Shown: positions 8,453 through 14,559 of the stretch, piece by piece | How the letters are laid out: every line of letters begins with the position of its first letter | Position numbering within the stretch: position 1 is the stretch's first letter | NCBI RefSeq assembly: GCF_006345805.1 | Contig: NW_021825796.1 | Coordinates: forward strand, 1 to 14,559 | Reading direction: 5' to 3' | Source: Octopus sinensis | Lineage: Eukaryota | DNA length: 14,559 bases | The notes under the pieces: generated by a model | What the model saw: the letters and a program-made list of their open reading frames with translations, nothing else | The model's database searches: none | Told to the model about the DNA's origin: nothing | Position numbers and translations under genes: made by a program

Positions 8453-8539
8453 ACATTATTTACATTTGAAGGATATTTGTCCTCATCTTGTTAACAACAA
8501 ACAAGATTGGGACAAATATCCGTCAAATGTAAATAATGT
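8453..8539. repeat. Near-perfect inverted repeat (hairpin): 40-bp arms, 7-nt loop
   Basis: 8453-8492 pairs with 8500-8539 at 37 of 40 positions; the loop is AACAACA. Confidence 0.92.
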
Positions 8540-8845
8540 TGTTGCTGTTGTTGTTTGTTCCTTCTCGAGGCATGCCTGGCTCATAGGGCCGGTTTCCTGA
8601 TTTCCTTGGTGTATAGGTTCCCCTCCTGGACGGAACGCCGGTCCGTCGCAGGTGAGCTGTAAGATGCTGGAAGAAAGAGTTGTGGCGAAAGAGTCAGGAG
8701 AAGTTCGCCATTGCCTCCTGCCGGAGCCGCGTGGAGCTTAGGTGTTCCGCTCATAAACACACACATCGCCCGGTCTGAGATTCGAACCCGCGATCCCTCG
8801 ACCGCGAGTCCGATGCTCTAACCACTAGGCCATGTGCGCCTCCAC
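8538..8845 (-). mobile_element. tRNA-derived SINE, family B copy 2
   Basis: A box TGGCCTAGTGG, B box GGTTCGAATC, V-like CCTGCGACGGACCGGCGTTCCGTCCAGG and an (AAC)n tail. Full-length match to 691-997. Confidence 0.9.
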
Positions 8846-8869
8846 ATTATGAGCTATAACCCTGTAATC

Positions 8870-10470
8870 GAACTCGGTGTGTGACACACCCATAGTACAT
8901 CTAAAGCAACTTGATAGAATGATGTGTACACTATATCGCCCACCTAATACCTCAAATCATGATGGAAAATTTGAGGAAAGCCTCAGTGCAATAAAGGAAG
9001 TAATAACACAGATGGATCAACGTGCTACTATATTCGTGACCTCAACTTCCCCAACATCTGGTGACCTGAGTGCAACATAACCCCAGGAATGACATACAAA
9101 GAGGGAAATCAAGCAGAATCTCTACTTGATTTCTGAAATTGCTATTCACGTAGCTGATCATACTCTCTCCAACCAGGCACGAAAATATCCTGGACCTCTG
9201 ATTTACAAACAGCGTGGAAAGTATCCACAACGTGAATATATCACCGACAATATTCTCAGATCATAAAATGATAGAAATAACAATGTATGGCCCGAAATTA
9301 ACTAAAGTTAAACACTGCACAAATGGCGCTCAAATTCTATCCAGCCTAAATTTCTTTAAGGCTGACTGGAAGTCACTTGCAAAACAGATACTCCAGCAGA
9401 ACTGGCCTAAAAGCCTCTCTTTGCAAGGCATAGATATGAAACTCTATAAATTTATGTTAGTAATGCAAGCCATATGCATTAAATATGCCCCATCCTTCCC
9501 CGAGACAGGAGAATACTCATGCAGCGGAGAACAAAGATTTCGAATCCTTTAAACAAACACATTAAAAGACAGTATGAAAACCCACCTGACAGAAGAACTC
9601 TTCAAGATTGAGAATAAACTCAAAATAAACTCAAAATCTCCCATGAAAAGGAATGAGAAGAGAAACCTTGGCAGTCGAAATATACAAATAAATCCTGAAG
9701 AACTTCAACACATTGGCAAAGGACTCTGCCTAGGAACGACATAAGATAGGGCTACTATGTGGTAAAAACGTCTCACTAACTGCAGACCCGCGGAAGCTAA
9801 GTGAAGCACTAAATAAACACTTCGCCACTGGAAAATATGCAAATGAACAAGCCTGAGGAGTTTTCCACTGTAAAGAATCTATTCGGAAAAGAGGCAACCA
9901 TCGATTACATCAACATAACGAAAGAGGATGTAATATCGGCCATTGATGAGATGAGATCCAATTCAGTAACAGGCCCAGAAGGATTCCCGGCTGTTCTCTT
10001 AAAGACATGTAAAAAAAGACTCCTGCAAAGCCACTGCAGATACTCCTTCAGAGTTTCCTTGCACGTGGATTACTTCCGAACATGATAAAAGAAGGTATAA
10101 TATGCCCTGTCCAGAAAGGAGGGAGCTGAGCAGATGCTAAAATTTACAGGCCCAACTCACTGACCTCACGTGTTAGCAAGACAATGGAACGCATTGTCAG
10201 AAAAAGGATGATCACGTTCCTAGAAGAAAATAACCTTCTCACAAAAACACGCACCATGGTTTCTGTCCAAGCAGGAGCTGACTCACATAGCTGCTGCAAG
10301 ACTTTGACTTGGTACTGAAACAACAGCCAAACCAGTCACCTGTAGACGTGATATACCTCGACTTTGCCAAGGCCTTCGACAAGATTGATCATAGCATGAT
10401 ATGTCACAAGCTGCGAAACCTTGCTATTACTGGGAAACTGGGAGAGTGGCTGCATGACTTTTTTCAGAAT
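8870..10470 (+). mobile_element. Decayed CR1-type non-LTR retrotransposon ORF2 (APE endonuclease C-terminal half plus RT N-terminal half), with multiple stops and frameshifts
   Basis: Endonuclease motifs: YRPP (8934-8945), DLNFPNIW (9038-9061), ENILDL*FTN (9181-9210), SDHKMI (9256-9273). RT motifs: GPEGFPAVLLK (9972-), YRPNSLTS (10145-10168), HGF (10255-10263), VDVIYLDFAKAFDKIDH (~10342-10392). No YADD motif, as homology ends near 10470. Confidence 0.9.
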
Positions 10471-10536
10471 GGCAGGAGTCAGACACCAGGCTAAAATCGG
10501 AATACACTGTACCAGAACGTATATATATATATATAT

Positions 10537-10625
10537 GCAAATATCTTCTACTATACCATCACGTCCAGCAAAACCTTGTGAGTAGATTTGTGAGTTGGAA
10601 ATGAAAGAAGCCTACAGTATATATA
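10537..10625 (+). mobile_element. Internal fragment of family A SINE (CORE-like part)
   Basis: GCAAATATCTTCTACTATA...AAAACCTTGTGAGTAGATTTG...GGAAATGAAAGAAGCC matches 1379-1460 of copy 1. Confidence 0.7.
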
Positions 10626-10929
10626 CAGAGAGAGATAGAGTGTGTGTAGGGTGTAGTATATATTTATCTGCAGATGTATATCGGCGTGTATTGTGTTGAT
10701 ATAAGTGCATGTGCACATAGAAACATGCTTATGGAAAGATAAGTCTCCTGATAGGGAGATTGGAGACGATTTCTGTGAACGTCACAGAATACAATCATTT
10801 TTGCATAAGACAATACACAGGTATGGCGTCACAACCATAGTTTAAAAAAATAATTGTATGCGATACATACTAAGAAGAAAGAATACACACACGAACACGC
10901 GGACATATAGCTACACATACAGAGAAAGA

Positions 10930-10941
10930 TACTAGTAAATT

Positions 10942-10978
<37 letters not shown>

Positions 10979-11157
10979 ATGTTTCTAAATATGTAAGTAT
11001 GTATGTATACATATTGATAGATATATAAATAGATAGATGGATAAAGACAAATATATTCGTCTATACATTTATACATCACGTCAATGTTTTGTTAAAGTAA
11101 TTACATTGTTGCTTATACTTATGTAGAGGCATATATAACATATAAATGTGCATAATG

Positions 11158-11196
<39 letters not shown>

Positions 11197-11450
11197 TAAT
11201 ATATCATATAATATATACATACATATATATATACATATATATATATATATACAAATATATATGTTATATATAAATACAATACATATATATTTATGTGTAC
11301 CTATATATCTATATATATAATATATAATATATATATATCTATATTATATATATATACATATATGATGATATATATATATCAATGTATACCTATATATAAA
11401 TATATGTAGTTCGTATGTATGTATGTATGTATGTATGCATGTAGTGTATG
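10930..11450. repeat. Compound (TA)n/(TG)n/(TATG)n low-complexity tract
   Basis: Directly visible. Confidence 0.9.
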
Positions 11451-11819
11451 TACAAAAGTAATGTTTGGTAGGTATATATACACTATATAAACCTTTTTTT
11501 TTTTTTCTTAGGCTAATTTATTATCATACGTGACCATAAATAATGATACAACATCACAACATCTACTCCTCTGAACAATTAGCGCCCTCTGGCAATCATA
11601 AACATGGCAGTCAGGAAATTGCTGACACGAGATCTAGAATAAAATTAAAACTTCATGATGTTTAATTTTTTCCCCCTCTTATATGCCGCTGCAATTTCAT
11701 GATTTGTTGATGTTAAATTTAAATTGTCATGATCTACGCATTAAATTCAATTAACTTGTACAAGAAACAGCCATTTATTTTTACATATAGATTCTAAGTT
11801 ACGCAGTGCAATTTGCACG

Positions 11820-12114
11820 TATATAGTTCTATCTATATGTATGTAGATATACATACATACATATATATGTATACATACATATGTATGCATACACATACAT
11901 ATGTATGCATACACACATATATATATGTATACATACATATATATATATATTACATATATATATATATATGTATATACACTACATGTGTATATACGTGTGG
12001 GTGTGGGTGTGCGAGTGTGCGTTCGCGTGCATGAATGTAAAAATATATACATGTATATTGATTTCTATACTCGCATATTTGGATACATATTTTAAATTGC
12101 TACATGCGGGCGTG

Positions 12115-12197
<83 letters not shown>

Positions 12198-12435
12198 ATA
12201 CACTGCACGCGCAGACATATAAGACTATATATGTGTGTACGTGTACGTATATATATATTTATATATATATATATTGTGTGTGTATATATATATGTATGTA
12301 TATATCTAGTGTATGTATATATTGTATATGTTAGGTATATTTTCATATATAAATATATATATATATATGTATATATGTGTGTATGTATGTATATATGTAT
12401 ATAAGTACACACACACACACAACACACACAGACAC

Positions 12436-12468
<33 letters not shown>

Positions 12469-13057
12469 TATATATATATATATATGTATAAAATACCCGT
12501 TTGTCAATATGTATTTGAATATCTATATCGATGTATATAGGCATTTGTATTCATAGCTGCACTCTGAAGACGTGGTGAATCCAAATGTTTGCTGTAATAC
12601 GCTTGTAGTCCTCATAATATACACATACATGTTAACTTGTGCACCGTAGCCTTGCACACATGCAATCATTGTTGCACATACACACACACAGACAAGCACT
12701 GACACACACGCGCAGAAACGCACACAAGCGAACATACACACACACACATACATATAAACAAAATGACACATACACTTATACAGAAAGTCACTCACATACA
12801 CGTGCACACACAAACACAAATTCACGCATTTTTCAAACTTGTTTGAGGGAAATTCTTACCACGATGGCTACTATCTGTCGTGGAATATATTTTTATACTT
12901 ACAGGCATACAAACACAGCTACATATTACACACATATGTGAATATATATATATATATATATCTATATATACGTACATACCTGTATGCATATATATATACA
13001 TATATATATATATGTATATTTTTATGTATGTATGCATAATATATACACATATGTATG

Positions 13058-13088
<31 letters not shown>

Positions 13089-13290
13089 TATATATATTAT
13101 TATATATAATATATATATATATATATGCACAATATACATATAAATATAAAAATATAAATATACATACATCATATATGAAAGTATATTTATATATACATAT
13201 ATATAAATATTATATATACATTTATTTATATATATGTATATATAAATATATATATGAAAGTATATTTATATATCCATATATAAAATATAG

Positions 13291-13323
<33 letters not shown>

Positions 13324-13412
13324 TATATATATATATATATATAAAATGCACTCACACATTTGTATGTGTGTGTGTTGTCTACGTAGACGTGTGCGAATGT
13401 GATTGGCGTATG

Positions 13413-13444
<32 letters not shown>

Positions 13445-13445
13445 C
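11820..13445. repeat. Extended compound (TA)n/(CA)n/(TG)n/(TACA)n microsatellite region with short unique spacers
   Basis: Directly visible; it explains all YI-, HT- and CV-rich ORFs in this interval. Confidence 0.9.
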
Positions 13446-13886
13446 TTAATCCTATTTACGCGGGCATGCGTTTTGTATTTATGCTGCCGAACGTTATGGT
13501 GTTGGTGAAATTTTTGGCTCAGCGGGTGTATATAAACTATCTAATTAGATAGAAGACTACTTATTTCTAAGCACGCATGGCCGTTAGGTATCTACATGCT
13601 TGTAATATGTTATAAAGTCGACTGTCATTTATTCATTGTTTTCCAGTAGTGCTTTTATAAGAGTAGTTCTCAAAAACTGTTCATTTGGTTTCGTCTAAAA
13701 GTTCCTAGTACGCACAACCAATCAAACGAACACTAGACGAGTACATGGAAGTACGCTTCAAGTATAAGCTGTAGATTTACTTGTCACAGGTATTCGGGAA
13801 GCCTGTATGTGTACTTGTATGGGGTTTTTCAGACACACACACGCACATACATTCATATTCATACTGCTGTACTATAAAACGTTAGA

Positions 13887-13926
<40 letters not shown>

Positions 13927-14010
13927 GGCGCGCATATTCACGGATACACAGAGGCACGTATTTGTATGTATTTCCGTATCAATCGATCGATCTACGTTTA
14001 TCTATCTTGC

Positions 14011-14195
14011 ATCTTTTAACTTCTACTTGCTACAGCCATTAGAATGCAGCCATGCTGGGGCACCACCTGGAGAGGTTCAGTCGAACAGATAGACACCAGT
14101 ACTTCTAGCGTGATCCGGTACTTAACCTATCGTTCTCTTTTTGCCGAACTGCTAGTTCTATGAGATAAAGAAGCCAACATCAATTGTCTTGTGGT
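14011..14195 (-). mobile_element. 3' half of a degenerate family A-like SINE
   Basis: ATCTTTTAACTTCTACTTGCTACAGCCATTAGAATGCAGCCATGCTGGGGCACCACC...CTCTTTTTGCCGAACTGCTAG matches the start of copy 2 (1701-1850). It is followed by the (TACA)/(TA) tract at 14196-14320. Confidence 0.75.
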
Positions 14196-14320
14196 ATACA
14201 TACATACATACATACATACATACACACACACATGTATATATATATATATATATATATGATATATAAATATCATATAAATATATGCTTATATACATATATG
14301 TACATACCTAAATGTATATG

Positions 14321-14559
14321 TACGAGGGTCGTTCAATAAGTAATGCCTCTGACCCACTTCCCATAACAGTAGAGCAATGAAATTTGGCACCGTTATTAGT
14401 CTTTTTCTACATAGGAACCACCCAGAGTTAGGCATTTCTCCCATCGTTTGATGCAGCTCTGGAGACCGCTTTTATAGAAGACCCCAGCCTGGTCCTCCAA
14501 CCACGACGTCACTTCAGAAATCAAGGCTGTATTATCTGGGAAACGCTTTCCTTTCAAAA
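14321..14559 (-). mobile_element. Mariner (Tc1/mariner superfamily) DNA transposon, terminus with TIR; continues beyond the window
   Basis: TA followed by CGAGGGTCGTTCAATAAGTAATG, a typical mariner terminal repeat start, adjacent to the 3' end of the transposase. Confidence 0.9.
14396..14557 (-). CDS. C-terminal 53 aa of a mariner transposase (partial, cut by the window edge)
   Basis: LKGKRFPDNTALISEVTSWLEDQAGVFYKSGLQSCIKRWEKCLTLGGSYVEKD*, the canonical mariner C-terminus (L.G.RF ... W...Q...FY..G ... RW.KC....G.YVE). The frame is open over the visible part. It is absent from the ORF track because its start lies outside the window. Confidence 0.88.
   Translation of the reverse strand: MKGKRFPDNTALISEVTSWLEDQAGVFYKSGLQSCIKRWEKCLTLGGSYVEKD

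Noticed and set aside
10721-10820. Candidate 100-nt exon (ATAG|...CAG|GTATGG) open in two frames
   Set aside because: No polypyrimidine tract at the acceptor and neither peptide is recognisable.
13446-13810. Unique segment with TTTTCCAG acceptor-like and CAG|GTATTC donor-like sites
   Set aside because: All frames after the acceptor hit stops, and no coherent exon emerges.
226-14019. Numerous ORFs rich in YI, HT, CV, poly-N, poly-M, poly-I, poly-S or poly-L
   Set aside because: They are translations of di- and trinucleotide microsatellites or of SINE antisense strands, with no domain-like sequence.

Overview
AT-rich, repeat-saturated eukaryotic DNA with no recognisable host gene, so probably intergenic or deep intronic. 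The tRNA-derived SINE families and the very high microsatellite load suggest an Octopus-like coleoid cephalopod genome; this is inference from recognition, not a database search. The window contains: at least three tRNA-headed SINE families, including a tail-to-tail inverted pair; a 5'-truncated Tx1/L1-type LINE end bracketed by a perfect 21-bp duplication; three tandem copies of an element sitting in (AAT)n arrays; a decayed CR1-type LINE ORF2 (APE endonuclease plus the N-terminal half of RT); the end of a mariner transposon running off the right edge; an 87-bp hairpin; and long compound microsatellites. Almost all ORFs in the supplied track are microsatellite or antisense-repeat artefacts. 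I do not find a convincing novel biological system. The findings are structural oddities of repeat biology, ranked modestly.
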